DNA of 64,000 bases from an uncultured Candidatus Saccharibacteria bacterium (lineage in GTDB: Bacteria > Patescibacteriota > Minisyncoccia > Phycocordibacterales > CSBR16-119). Positions within the stretch are counted from its first letter, which is position 1. The number at the start of each line of letters is the position of its first letter. Under the pieces are notes generated by a model that was given only the letters and a program-made list of their open reading frames with translations, made no database searches and was not told the origin of the DNA. The position numbers and the translations under genes are program-made. Of the stretch, positions 8,171-18,565 are shown one piece after another. The DNA lies in contig CAYRQF010000002.1 of assembly GCA_964426385.1 (NCBI GenBank), positions 7,037-71,036 of the forward strand, read 5' to 3'.

Positions 8171-9310
8171 ATGATGGATAGCGTAGTAAAAGGGCTGATG
8201 GGAAAGCTTGGGGATATTTTGAAATCGTCAAAAGGCGGGAGTGTTTTAGGTATCGACGTCGGATCTTCGGCTATCAAAGTCGTTCAGATAAAAAAAGAGG
8301 GCGCCAAGGCGATACTTGAAACGTATGGCTCCATCGCTCTCGCTCCTTATGCTGAGGGTGTCGTTGGGCAGGTCATCCCTATTCCTGAAGAGGCATTGGT
8401 CAAAGCGCTACTCGATCTGTTCAAAGAGGCAAATGTGACCACTAAAAATTCCGCCATGTCGATCCCGGCCTCAGCCTCGCTTGTTTTTCTTGTAGAGCTT
8501 CCTGGTAGTGTCGATGAGAAACAGTTACCTGAGATTATCCATAACGAAGCTAGGCGGTATATCCCCGTACCTATAACAGAGGTTGCCATGGACTGGTGGA
8601 TGGTACCGAAGAGACCCCTCGATGATGTGACCGATGATTCTGTTAAGCCTTCCAAGTCAGATATAAAAGAAGAAAAAACCAAAGTCCTAGTCGCCGCTAT
8701 CCATAACGAGGCATTAGAGAAATATAAGAGCTTGGTAAATGATGCCAAGATAGATACTGACTTTTTTGAGATCGAGATGTTTGGTTCAGTACGTTCGACG
8801 CTTGGTCAGGATCTCGGCACGAATATGATATTCGATATGGGTGCATCTAAAACGAAGATATCTATCGTCGATCGTGGGGTTATCCAGGACTTTCATATCA
8901 TCAATCGTGGCTCACACGATATATCAACAGCGCTCGCGACTGCGCTTTCTATCGGTTTTCACGATGCTGAGATGATGAAGAAAGAATACGGCCTGTATGA
9001 TAATCCAAAACAACCAAAAGCCTCTGAGGTCATCAAGAGCGTACTCGATTATATACTTTTTGAGTCGGGGAATGTGGTATTGAATTATGAAAAGAAGTAT
9101 AATAAAAGTATTGGAAAAGTCGTGATGATCGGCGGAGGAGTTTTGTTGAAGGGGATTATGGATGTTGCGCAAAAAAAGTTCAACACTGAGACTGAACTTG
9201 GCAATCCATTCAAACGAATCGAAGCCCCGGCCTTCCTAGAGAATGTTCTCTCGGAGTCCGGACCAGAGTTCGCCGTTGCCGCTGGACTAGCGCTCAGAAA
9301 GTTAAGGTAA
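8171..9310 (+). CDS. pilM: type IV pilus assembly protein PilM
   Basis: GIDVGSSAIKVVQ, EARRYIPVP, DMGASKT and GGG actin-like motifs. Confidence 0.93.
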   Translation: MMDSVVKGLMGKLGDILKSSKGGSVLGIDVGSSAIKVVQIKKEGAKAILETYGSIALAPYAEGVVGQVIPIPEEALVKALLDLFKEANVTTKNSAMSIPASASLVFLVELPGSVDEKQLPEIIHNEARRYIPVPITEVAMDWWMVPKRPLDDVTDDSVKPSKSDIKEEKTKVLVAAIHNEALEKYKSLVNDAKIDTDFFEIEMFGSVRSTLGQDLGTNMIFDMGASKTKISIVDRGVIQDFHIINRGSHDISTALATALSIGFHDAEMMKKEYGLYDNPKQPKASEVIKSVLDYILFESGNVVLNYEKKYNKSIGKVVMIGGGVLLKGIMDVAQKKFNTETELGNPFKRIEAPAFLENVLSESGPEFAVAAGLALRKLR

Positions 9311-9319
9311 AATATTTGC

Positions 9320-10078
9320 ATGGATAAAGAATTTCAAACATCGTTCGTTCCGAAGAAGACTGTAATAGAGCGTGAAGTGTCCCACACTCACAGCAGTTTT
9401 TCTGGTGTGGCCAATCTGGTAGCACTCATCATATTTATCGCCTCTATCCTCTCCGCAGGTGCTGCATATTTCTATCGTGGCTCTATGGAGGATAAGGTGT
9501 TGAATTATAAAGACTCACTTCAGCGTGCTCGTGCATCTTTTGAGCCAGCCCTCATCACTGAGCTTCAGATTCTCGACAAGAGGATGCGCGCTTCGACCGA
9601 GATACTCGCTAATCATATCGCCGTCTCTCCTATATTTACTCTTCTCGGCGAGGTTACATTGCCAACTGTGCGATATTCTGACTTTTCATACGGATTCAAC
9701 GAAGAAGACTCCAAACTTGTAGACGTAGAGATCAATGGCGAAGCCAAAGGGTATAATTTTATCGCCCTTCAGGCAGATCTTATCGGCGATAATAAATTTA
9801 TCAAGAACCCGATCTTCTCAGAGTTCACACTAGATCAGACGGGCAATATAGATTTTAAGTTGACGTTTTCTGTGGACAAATCCCTCGTTCTGTATGAGTC
9901 ATTCCTCGAGAGAGAAGAGTCCCTCGGCGAGGATTTTGATCCGGCGGTGACTGGCGATCCATTTGCTCCGGCAGTACCAGGCTCTGGCGAGATAATAGAA
10001 CAGCCGATGGATGGCGATACGCAGACTGATTCGTCTGGTGGAACTCCACCGTCTAGTAATATCCAAATTAATATATGA
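9320..10078 (+). CDS. pilN: PilN-like protein
   Basis: FQTSFVPKK N-terminus, a single TM helix and a coiled coil; follows pilM. Confidence 0.7.
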   Translation: MDKEFQTSFVPKKTVIEREVSHTHSSFSGVANLVALIIFIASILSAGAAYFYRGSMEDKVLNYKDSLQRARASFEPALITELQILDKRMRASTEILANHIAVSPIFTLLGEVTLPTVRYSDFSYGFNEEDSKLVDVEINGEAKGYNFIALQADLIGDNKFIKNPIFSEFTLDQTGNIDFKLTFSVDKSLVLYESFLEREESLGEDFDPAVTGDPFAPAVPGSGEIIEQPMDGDTQTDSSGGTPPSSNIQINI

Positions 10079-10716
10079 GATGGTTACTACCAATAATTTT
10101 GATCGGAGTCGGCATCGGGGGATTTTTCATAATCACTCAGCCTATTTTTGATGAGACCCAGGCTCTTCAGGCAGAGGCAGCGGTTTACGAGGTGGCTCTC
10201 CAGAATTCTGCGAACCTCGTCAAAGAGCGCGACCGTCTTACAACGAAGTACAATAGTTTCAGCAAGGATGATGTGATGAAGCTCGAGAAAATGCTTCCCG
10301 ATAGTGTCGACAATATCCAGCTCATACTTGAAATCCAAGAAGAAGCCGCCAAGAGGGGTATAATAGTCAAAAATGTCGAATTCGAGCCAGATCAGTTTCT
10401 CGAACAGAATGCAGTTGTAACTGATGCCGCAGTTGGAACATCAGGAACGACAACAACAGCAGCACGAGAGCGTGCAACGACGAGACGTGCAACAGATGCA
10501 GACGCGAATAAGGAATACGAGGCTTTTGAACTAGAGTTCTCTGTGGAAGGATCTTATGATGACTTCGTGTCGTTCATGAAGCTGATGGAGAGGAGTCTCC
10601 GATTGATCGACATAAACAGCATTGCTTTTACCCCGGGAACATCCGAGAAGGACAAAGTCTACAGCGACAATTATAAGTACCTTTTCCGTATTAATACTTA
10701 TAGACTAAAAGACTAA
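10075..10716 (+). CDS. pilO: PilO-like protein
   Basis: TM helix, LEKMLPD, FSVEGSYDDFVSFMKLMERSLRLIDI. Confidence 0.85.
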   Translation: MRWLLPIILIGVGIGGFFIITQPIFDETQALQAEAAVYEVALQNSANLVKERDRLTTKYNSFSKDDVMKLEKMLPDSVDNIQLILEIQEEAAKRGIIVKNVEFEPDQFLEQNAVVTDAAVGTSGTTTTAARERATTRRATDADANKEYEAFELEFSVEGSYDDFVSFMKLMERSLRLIDINSIAFTPGTSEKDKVYSDNYKYLFRINTYRLKD

Positions 10717-10723
10717 GCCTTAT

Positions 10724-11485
10724 ATGAACCACACACTGAAAAATATCATAATAGGAATAGTCATAATAGCTCTCTTGGGTCTAGGCTATTATCTATTTTT
10801 TGCGAGATCTTCTGATTCCCCGAGTCCTGCACCCAAAAATACCGGAAGTCTCACTACGGCAGAGGGTGCGCCTGTTTCAAGCATCATAAATACTGAAAAG
10901 CCACTAGGAGAAGTTGAGGCCACCAAAATCGGTCAGGAGTTCATAAACCAGTTATTGTCCCTTCAAGCTATCAAGCTTGATGATGAGATATTCTCATCTC
11001 TTTCTTTCCAGTCACTAGAAGATTTCACTATAGTATTGATCCAACCAGGAAATGAAGGGCGCCCAAATCCATTCGCCCCATTTGGATCTGATGGTGCAAC
11101 TTCGAGTAGTCAGGGAACCCCTTCATTTACAGTAGGGGAAGGCGCAGAGTCAGGGGTTGTCGATCCTAATGCTTGGCTTCGGGTGAGCTTCAACAGAAAA
11201 GACATCTTCTACCCACCAACATGGACTGTCGCCACAGAGTTCAAGCCTCTAGTAGAAGAAGATGACGACCTAGAAGCTCAGATGCACCGGTTTACTCTTC
11301 CAAGCATGGCAACTATAACCTGGGGCGGTTTGTCGTCCGCGTGTAGTACTTCGACTTATCCGGCGTTTCAGTATGGTGCATCAACAAAGATTTGCATCAG
11401 GAACACTACGGTTCAGATAGACGGCGTTGATCCGACACCAGAGACGAAGACTGCATTCGGTGATTTTGTAACAAGAAATAAGTAG
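10724..11485 (+). CDS. PilP-position protein with extra C-terminal domain
   Basis: TM helix and GRPNPFAP motif; lies between pilO and pilB. Confidence 0.55.
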   Translation: MNHTLKNIIIGIVIIALLGLGYYLFFARSSDSPSPAPKNTGSLTTAEGAPVSSIINTEKPLGEVEATKIGQEFINQLLSLQAIKLDDEIFSSLSFQSLEDFTIVLIQPGNEGRPNPFAPFGSDGATSSSQGTPSFTVGEGAESGVVDPNAWLRVSFNRKDIFYPPTWTVATEFKPLVEEDDDLEAQMHRFTLPSMATITWGGLSSACSTSTYPAFQYGASTKICIRNTTVQIDGVDPTPETKTAFGDFVTRNK

Positions 11486-11563
11486 CAACTATGAGAAATA
11501 TTTTTTCTAATAAAACCAATCTGTCTCGAGGAATCCCATTTATAAGGATTAATAACTCCTAAT

Positions 11564-13312
11564 ATGACATTCCTCCAGGGACTAGTTGAACAAGGGCTTT
11601 TATCCAAGGACCTGGTGTCTCATATTTCGAGTTCTGTAGAGGCTAAATACGGAGGGGATTTAGAAGAAGCTTTGTCCAAAGAAGCCAGTATTCCTGAGGA
11701 CAAAATGCTCGAGTACAAATCTACTTTCTACGGTATACCAGCTCGTTCAGTTGGACCAAAAGAACTCGACCCTCGAGTTTTAGAATACATATCTGAGGAT
11801 TCAGCTCGACAGTACGGATTTATTCCTGTTGGAATAAAAGATAACGTTCTCGAAGTCGGCATAGTTAATCCTGGACGTACGGATTCCCTCGATGCTCTAC
11901 AGTTTATCTCGTCTAAAAATGAGACACCATACAAGCTTTTTGTTTTAACAAAGAGAAATTACGATACATTACTGGAGGCATACAAGGGTCTGTCCGGGGA
12001 AGTAGACGCCGCACTTTCTGATCTCGACACTGAACTTTCGAAAGTCGACGGATTGAATAAACTCAAAGAAGCCGCTCGCACAGAGGCCGCTGCCGAAGGT
12101 CAGCCAGCTGAGGAAGATGAGAGAAAGATTGTTGAAGAGGCTCCGATAATCAAAGTCGTAGCAGTGACCCTGCGTCACGCTGTCGAGGGTGGTGCTTCAG
12201 ACATCCATATCGAGAACACTGGCAAAGAAGTCAAAGTGCGTTTTCGTGTCGATGGCGAACTACACACATCTCTCACTCTACCACTTAACGTCTATTCGGG
12301 AGTTGTCGCGCGTATCAAGATATTGGCCAAGCTTCGTCTCGATGAGAAGCGCAAGCCACAAGACGGAGGTTTCTCCGCGAAAATCGATGGTAGGAAAATC
12401 GACCTGCGTGTTTCGACATTCCCAGCATATTATGGTGAAAAAGTCGTGATGCGTATTCTGGATGCGGAGAAGGGAGTAAAAAGTTTGGATGATCTCAATA
12501 TGACGCCCGAGCATCTCAAGCTTATCCGTGACGCTATCAACATACCATACGGCATCGTGCTCATCACCGGTCCGACAGGAAGCGGTAAGACTACGACGCT
12601 ATATGCCATGCTAAACGAAATTGATCGCGAGTCGAAAAACGTCGTCTCTCTCGAAGACCCGGTCGAATACCATGTCGACGGAGTGAATCAGTCTCAGGTT
12701 ATGCCGGAGATCGGTTATACCTTTGCATCGGGACTTCGCTCCATCCTTCGTCAGGACCCGGATGTTATCCTGGTTGGAGAAATCCGCGACAAAGAAACTG
12801 CTGCTCTCGCTATCCAGGCCGCACTCACTGGACACTTGGTGTTATCCACTCTCCACACCAACAATGCTGCCGGTGCTATCCCTCGCCTCATCGACATGGG
12901 TGTCGACCCGTTCCTTATCGCTCCGACGTTAGTACTCGCTATCGCTCAGAGGTTGGCCAAGAAAACCTGCGAGGATTCTCGCGAACCTGTAGCGATAGAT
13001 GAGGCAACCAGGGTCATGATCGACAAAGAATTCGCTGACTTACCTCCAGAGTTCCGTTCCAAAATCACGATCCCCGAAAAGATGATGAAAACTGTTCCCT
13101 CGAAGACCTGCCCGTCTGGAACCAAGGGACGTATGGCTGTGTTCGAGATGTTTCCTGTAGATAAGGAGATTGAGTCAGTGATTTTGAAATCTCCGACTGA
13201 GCTCGATATATATAACGCAACCCGAAAGAAGGGCGTTCTGACGATGAGAGAAGATGCATTACTCAAGGCTCTGAAGGGAGATATCCCCATAACAGAAATG
13301 TATAAGTTCTAA
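11564..13312 (+). CDS. pilB: type IV pilus assembly ATPase PilB (GspE/PulE family)
   Basis: ASDIHIE, GPTGSGKTTT Walker A, LRQDPDVILVGEIRD, TGHLVLSTLHTN. Confidence 0.95.
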   Translation: MTFLQGLVEQGLLSKDLVSHISSSVEAKYGGDLEEALSKEASIPEDKMLEYKSTFYGIPARSVGPKELDPRVLEYISEDSARQYGFIPVGIKDNVLEVGIVNPGRTDSLDALQFISSKNETPYKLFVLTKRNYDTLLEAYKGLSGEVDAALSDLDTELSKVDGLNKLKEAARTEAAAEGQPAEEDERKIVEEAPIIKVVAVTLRHAVEGGASDIHIENTGKEVKVRFRVDGELHTSLTLPLNVYSGVVARIKILAKLRLDEKRKPQDGGFSAKIDGRKIDLRVSTFPAYYGEKVVMRILDAEKGVKSLDDLNMTPEHLKLIRDAINIPYGIVLITGPTGSGKTTTLYAMLNEIDRESKNVVSLEDPVEYHVDGVNQSQVMPEIGYTFASGLRSILRQDPDVILVGEIRDKETAALAIQAALTGHLVLSTLHTNNAAGAIPRLIDMGVDPFLIAPTLVLAIAQRLAKKTCEDSREPVAIDEATRVMIDKEFADLPPEFRSKITIPEKMMKTVPSKTCPSGTKGRMAVFEMFPVDKEIESVILKSPTELDIYNATRKKGVLTMREDALLKALKGDIPITEMYKF

Positions 13313-13322
13313 AAAATATTTT

Positions 13323-14393
13323 ATGAATAACGAACTAATAATCCAAAAACTAAATAATCTGATCGAGCAAGTTATAGTGAACAACGGCTCAGATCTTCAT
13401 CTTGCTGTAGGGCGAGTACCGCATATTCGTGTCTCGACTCAGCTCATCGCAGTTGTGAATCAGCCTGTACTCGAAGAGGCCGAACTCGAAGCGATGCTAA
13501 GGTACATGCTAGCTGATGAGGAAAAGTTCGCTGATTTCAAGACGAATCATGAGGCAGATTTTGCCTATGACTACGCCGGTGGTTCGCGACTGCGGGGTAA
13601 CGCCTATTTCCAGAAAGGGAAACCTGCAATAGCACTGCGTCTCGTGCCAAAAGTCAAAAGTTTGCAGGAACTGAATCTCCCAAAACAGCTCGAGCAGTTC
13701 GCCAGGCTTAAACAGGGATTTTTCCTCATCGTTGGACCGGTTGGTCAGGGCAAGTCTACTACGATGGCTTCTCTTATCGAGCTTGTTAATGTTGAGAGGG
13801 CAGAGCATATCATTACTGTTGAAGAGCCGATCGAGTATCTGTTCGAGTCTAAGAAATCCATCATTGACCAGCGCGAGATAGGACTCGACACCAAGGATTT
13901 CGCTACGGCACTCAAGTCTGCGTTCCGTGAGGATGCGAACGTTCTCATGATCGGCGAGATGCGTAGCCCTGAGACTATATCGGCGGCAGTCACCGCTGCC
14001 GAAACTGGACACCTCGTCATATCGACTCTCCACACCAACAACGCACCACAGACCATCGACCGTATTATCGATTCTTTTCCAGCTGAACAGCAGGACCAAG
14101 CCCGCTCCCAACTCGCGAATTCTCTCGTCGGCATATTCTCCCAGCGTCTCATCCCGCGAACTAACGGCGGACTCATCCCAGCGTATGAACTTCTCATCAA
14201 CACCAAAGCTGTGGCGAACCTCATCCGTGAGAACCGTACGCACGAGATTGATGTCTTGATAGAGACAGGGTCTGAGCTCGGAATGATAGATATCAACCAC
14301 TCCCTCCTCGAGCTTGTCCGGCGGGGAGAGATCACCGTTGATGATGCTCGTTTCCACGCCTTCAACAAGAAGACATTCGAAAGTCTGTTATAA
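13323..14393 (+). CDS. pilT: pilus retraction ATPase PilT
   Basis: GSDLHL, GPVGQGKST, AAETGHLVISTLHT, and AVANLIRE (AIRNLIRE motif). Confidence 0.95.
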   Translation: MNNELIIQKLNNLIEQVIVNNGSDLHLAVGRVPHIRVSTQLIAVVNQPVLEEAELEAMLRYMLADEEKFADFKTNHEADFAYDYAGGSRLRGNAYFQKGKPAIALRLVPKVKSLQELNLPKQLEQFARLKQGFFLIVGPVGQGKSTTMASLIELVNVERAEHIITVEEPIEYLFESKKSIIDQREIGLDTKDFATALKSAFREDANVLMIGEMRSPETISAAVTAAETGHLVISTLHTNNAPQTIDRIIDSFPAEQQDQARSQLANSLVGIFSQRLIPRTNGGLIPAYELLINTKAVANLIRENRTHEIDVLIETGSELGMIDINHSLLELVRRGEITVDDARFHAFNKKTFESLL

Positions 14394-14401
14394 TTTAACC
14401 A

Positions 14402-15604
14402 ATGTTATTCAAATATAAAGCCCTGGATCAGGCAGGCAAGAAAAAAGAAGGCACTATCGACGCACTGAACAAGACCGTGGCTATCGCCGCACTCCAGAGG
14501 CGAAGCCTTATCGTCGTATCTCTCAAGGGTGATGAGGACAAGTCTATATTTCGTGGAACGTTCCTCGATCGTGTTCCACTGCGCGATGTTGTCATCATGT
14601 CTCGTCAGCTTGCGACGCTCTTTTCGTCTCAGGTCTCTGCACTCAAAGCTTTCACACTACTTTCTGAGAACGCTGAGAACAAGATGCTCGCCGGACAGCT
14701 CCGTCAGATAGGCGACGACCTACAGGCTGGTTCGTCTATTTCGGACGCTTTGTCCAAGTATCCTGATACTTTCTCAGAGTTTTATGTGAACATGGTCAAA
14801 GCTGGCGAAGAGTCGGGTAAACTGAACGAAACCTTCGAATACCTCGCGCAGTATCTAGATCGCCAGTACAACCTGACATCGAAGACTCGGAATGCGCTCA
14901 TCTATCCAGCATTCGTCATCGTCGTCTTCATCTCCGTCATGATACTCATGTTCACCATGGTTATCCCGAACTTGGCTCAGCTCCTCCTTGAGTCCGGACA
15001 GGAGATACCGATATATACCCGCATAATCATCGGCATCAGTAACTTCTTAGTCAACTACGGTATATTTATTCTGATAATCGTTGTGATGGCTGTCATGTAC
15101 TTCTTCTGGTATAGGCGTAACGAGAATGGTAAAGAGTACATCGACAATATCAAGATATCTGTGCCTCTCATCGGCAATCTATACAGGAAAATGTTCCTGT
15201 CTCGTATCGCTGACAACCTTAACACCATGCTTTCATCCGGTATATCCATCGTTCGCTCTATAGAGATCACAGGAGACGTGGTGGGGAACTATGTTTACAG
15301 GAGGATTCTGCGAGAAACAGAAGACGCCGTGAAGTCCGGAAGCTCACTCTCTGATGCCCTAGGCAAATATCCTCAGATTCCGGCTATCATGGTGCAGATG
15401 ATAAAAGTGGGAGAAGAAACCGGAAGCCTCGGGTCTATCCTCAAGACTCTAGCCGAGTTTTATCGCCGAGAAGTAGATGATGCTGTCGATACGATGATCG
15501 GTCTCATCGAGCCGGCCATGATCGTGATGCTCGGTCTCGGCGTCGGTATACTTCTAACCTCAGTTCTCGTACCAATTTACAATATTGCTAGTTCTATTAG
15601 CTAA
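14402..15604 (+). CDS. pilC: type IV pilus platform protein PilC (GspF family)
   Basis: SRQLATL, AGEESGKL, ALIYPAFV, VGEETGSL, LIEPAMIV. Confidence 0.95.
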   Translation: MLFKYKALDQAGKKKEGTIDALNKTVAIAALQRRSLIVVSLKGDEDKSIFRGTFLDRVPLRDVVIMSRQLATLFSSQVSALKAFTLLSENAENKMLAGQLRQIGDDLQAGSSISDALSKYPDTFSEFYVNMVKAGEESGKLNETFEYLAQYLDRQYNLTSKTRNALIYPAFVIVVFISVMILMFTMVIPNLAQLLLESGQEIPIYTRIIIGISNFLVNYGIFILIIVVMAVMYFFWYRRNENGKEYIDNIKISVPLIGNLYRKMFLSRIADNLNTMLSSGISIVRSIEITGDVVGNYVYRRILRETEDAVKSGSSLSDALGKYPQIPAIMVQMIKVGEETGSLGSILKTLAEFYRREVDDAVDTMIGLIEPAMIVMLGLGVGILLTSVLVPIYNIASSIS

Positions 15605-15718
15605 CACAGGGGGAATTCTTTTCCACAGTTTAGATACGTGCCACGCTTGCCATAGGCGCATTGTGATATAATGAACCTAAGAAATTTATTATTTATAAAA
15701 GTTAATTAGTATTTTATT

Positions 15719-16228
15719 ATGAAGTCCAAATCTAACCGTGGTTTTACATTGATCGAACTCTTGGTGGTCGTAGCCATCATCGGTATCCTTTCATCTATCG
15801 TCTTGGTCTCTCTGAATAGTGCAAGGTCAAAAGGTCGTGACGCTTCAGCCAAGGGAAGTCTCTCGTCTATGAGGGCAACCGCTGAGATATTTTTTGACAC
15901 TTATTCTTTCTATGGGCCAACAGGGAGCGCTGGGCAGATTGGTGATGCGGATAACCTTCTAGCTGGTCTTTCGCCCACAGATACGCTCGTTGATGCAACA
16001 AGTATCTGTGACTACATAGAAATTGTACGACTTGCCGACGCTGTACATGCGCAGACTCGTGAACCTGTCGAATGTGAGCCAGATGACGCGAACGCAAACG
16101 GAGCAAGCTATACTCTCTCAGCCTTACTGAATGATGGCAGAACATATTGTATCGATTCAACTGGATATGCTGGATATAATGATACAGACAACGGCACTGC
16201 TGTGAACCCAGGAATCTCTTGTAGATAA
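15719..16228 (+). CDS. type IV pilin, probably the major pilin
   Basis: RG|FTLIELLVVVAIIGILSSIVLVSL; has its own promoter (tgtgatataat) and terminator. Confidence 0.9.
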   Translation: MKSKSNRGFTLIELLVVVAIIGILSSIVLVSLNSARSKGRDASAKGSLSSMRATAEIFFDTYSFYGPTGSAGQIGDADNLLAGLSPTDTLVDATSICDYIEIVRLADAVHAQTREPVECEPDDANANGASYTLSALLNDGRTYCIDSTGYAGYNDTDNGTAVNPGISCR

Positions 16229-16235
16229 GATTAGG

Positions 16236-16273
16236 AAATTCAAAACAGCTCCATATGGAGCTGTTTTGAATTT
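16236..16273. terminator. terminator after pilin (perfect 38-nt palindrome)
   Basis: aaattcaaaacagctccatatggagctgttttgaattt. Confidence 0.75.
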
Positions 16274-16343
16274 TAGACACATCGTCCCCAAACTGATTTT
16301 GTTTTCATTTCGATATAAATTCGTGTGGGGGTATAATTAAGAC

Positions 16344-17153
16344 ATGAATACCATCTTAGCTATTTTCGTTTTTGTTTTTGGTGCGATTATCGGGAGCTTC
16401 TTGAACGTGGTGATACTCCGTCTCGGTACAGGGCGTTCGCTCGGAGGACGTTCCATGTGTTCTGTGACTGGCAAACCCTTGAGATGGTTCGAGCTCATCC
16501 CGATCGTATCATTCATCATCCAGGGCGGTAGGTCCAGATATTCGAAGACTAAGATATCTTGGCAGTATCCACTAGTAGAATTCTTCACTGGATTATTGTT
16601 CCTATTCATCGCGATAAAGTTTCTACCTCTCATATATATCAGACCAGAGCTCGTACTCATAAATCTGCTTTTCTATTTTATTGTCGTGAGTTACCTGATT
16701 ATGATTTTCGTCTACGATATGAGGCATCGGATAATCCCTGACACGTTCCTCTATCCTCTAGCGGGGCTAATATTTATCGGAGTATTTTGTCTTCCACTAT
16801 TTCTCGGTGCCGATATAAACTCGAGTATCATCTGGCCACTTCTAGCGGGTCCCGTCGTCGCTCTGCCACTCCTCGCTCTATGGGTCATCACCCGCGGTAA
16901 GGGGATGGGGCTCGGAGATGTGAAACTCGTCGTTCCGCTCGGCTGGCTACTAGGGCTATCATCTGGATTCGCGATGCTTCTATTGTCGTTTTGGATTGGG
17001 GCCGTGGTTGCAATATTTCTCATCTTTTTTGCGAACAAGAAGATGAAAAGTGAGATACCATTTGGACCATTTATAATAATCAGTTTCATCCTGACGTTCT
17101 TGTATAATATAGATATGAACAGCATCTCGGCATTTTTCGGTGGTTTAATATAA
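16344..17153 (+). CDS. pilD: prepilin peptidase
   Basis: GSFLNVVILR, WFELIPIVSF, YDMRHRIIP, GMGLGDVKL, IPFGPF. Confidence 0.95.
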   Translation: MNTILAIFVFVFGAIIGSFLNVVILRLGTGRSLGGRSMCSVTGKPLRWFELIPIVSFIIQGGRSRYSKTKISWQYPLVEFFTGLLFLFIAIKFLPLIYIRPELVLINLLFYFIVVSYLIMIFVYDMRHRIIPDTFLYPLAGLIFIGVFCLPLFLGADINSSIIWPLLAGPVVALPLLALWVITRGKGMGLGDVKLVVPLGWLLGLSSGFAMLLLSFWIGAVVAIFLIFFANKKMKSEIPFGPFIIISFILTFLYNIDMNSISAFFGGLI

Positions 17154-17154
17154 T

Positions 17155-17883
17155 ATGTTCAAAGATTTTTTTAATAAACGGGAAGTGAAAAGTGGTGACG
17201 CCTCTCGTTTTAATAATGCCGGCATGACGTTCATCGAACTTATCGTCGTACTCGGCATATTTGCTGCAGTTGCTGCGACAGTCCTGTTCAACTACCGCGG
17301 ATTTAGTAACAATGTCTCTCTTCAGAATCTAGCACAGGAAGTCGCCCTCCAGATAAAACGTGCGCAGACTGATGCTGTGTCAGGCAAGACTCCTGCACTG
17401 TCGGTTGTTCAACTACCGAACATCAACAACCTCCTTTCTCTGGATTGGACTCCGAGTTATGGTGTAGCCTTCGACAAGGAGGAATATCCTGGATCACTTT
17501 TCTTTTATTTCAACAAAGATGTCGGTTCTTCGAGTGAGATAAAGCTAGACTTTCTCGATATTGAGAACGGGAGCTACTCATCACCCTGCGGTAACAGTCA
17601 GACCTCTGAGTGTCTAGAGGAGTTGTTGCTTCCAGCAAATGTAGTGATAGATATGATATGTTTTGATTTTACTACGATAGTTCCACAAGGAGATTGCTCT
17701 GATGCTGACGGTGTCGAGGGTGATACAGCACATATCTCGTTCACTCGTCCACGAGGCAATGCCTCTATTATGGAGTTCGACGACGGTGACTATAACGGAA
17801 ATGTCTTCGTCAGACTCACAACAGTAGATGGAGGTAAACGATACATTGCCGTTTGGGAGTCAGGATATATAAGTATAAAATAG
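17155..17883 (+). CDS. minor pilin (FimT/FimU-like)
   Basis: NAG|MTFIELIVVLGIF prepilin site. Confidence 0.85.
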   Translation: MFKDFFNKREVKSGDASRFNNAGMTFIELIVVLGIFAAVAATVLFNYRGFSNNVSLQNLAQEVALQIKRAQTDAVSGKTPALSVVQLPNINNLLSLDWTPSYGVAFDKEEYPGSLFFYFNKDVGSSSEIKLDFLDIENGSYSSPCGNSQTSECLEELLLPANVVIDMICFDFTTIVPQGDCSDADGVEGDTAHISFTRPRGNASIMEFDDGDYNGNVFVRLTTVDGGKRYIAVWESGYISIK

Positions 17884-17886
17884 GTT

Positions 17887-18564
17887 ATGCGTAACAGGAT
17901 GCTAAAAAGAGAAATCACTAATCAAAAAGGCTTTACTCTTGTCGAGATGATGATCGCCGTCGGATTATTCACCGTTCTCATGACAGTCGGCATCGGAGCC
18001 ATACTCGGTGTTAACTCAACCCACAGGAAGACTCAGACGATGCGGGCCGTTATAGACAACCTGTCGTTTCTCATGGAAGACATGGCTCGATCGATTCGTC
18101 TCGGAGACTCTTATTATTGTAAAGAGGATGGCGCGCCGAGTTTCATCGAGCTCTCTGGAGACGTGAATAATCCTCAGGCTTCAAACGATGGCGGTACGGC
18201 TAACAACCTCTGTGACAGTGTAGCGTTCGAGCCTTTCTGGGATTCACAGTTGAGTAATGTTTCGAATCAAATCATATATTATATGACCGAGATCGATGGT
18301 GTCGGTACCATCGTCAAGAAGTCTGAGCTTGCTTCATCAACGTTCAATATAGGCGACTGGGATCCAGTTACACCTACTGAGATTAATATTGATTTAGACC
18401 GATCGGGTTTTATGGTTGTTGGAGCAGAAGACCCAGCTGACTTTCGTCAGCCAAAAGTTTCTATCGTTCTCATAGGTACAGTCAGACTTGCAGGCTCTAT
18501 GACAGAGTTCAATCTCCAGACTACGGTGTCTCAGAGATCCCTCGATGTAAACATAACCCCATAA
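17887..18564 (+). CDS. minor pilin (PilW-like)
   Basis: KG|FTLVEMMIAVGLF; C-terminal LQTTVSQR. Confidence 0.85.
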   Translation: MRNRMLKREITNQKGFTLVEMMIAVGLFTVLMTVGIGAILGVNSTHRKTQTMRAVIDNLSFLMEDMARSIRLGDSYYCKEDGAPSFIELSGDVNNPQASNDGGTANNLCDSVAFEPFWDSQLSNVSNQIIYYMTEIDGVGTIVKKSELASSTFNIGDWDPVTPTEINIDLDRSGFMVVGAEDPADFRQPKVSIVLIGTVRLAGSMTEFNLQTTVSQRSLDVNITP

Positions 18565-18565
18565 T

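Noticed and set aside
13509-14368. Long antisense ORFs (282 and 207 aa) over pilT
   Set aside because: They have no recognisable motifs and are expected from sense-strand codon bias. The same applies to the shadows over rnj and dnaE.
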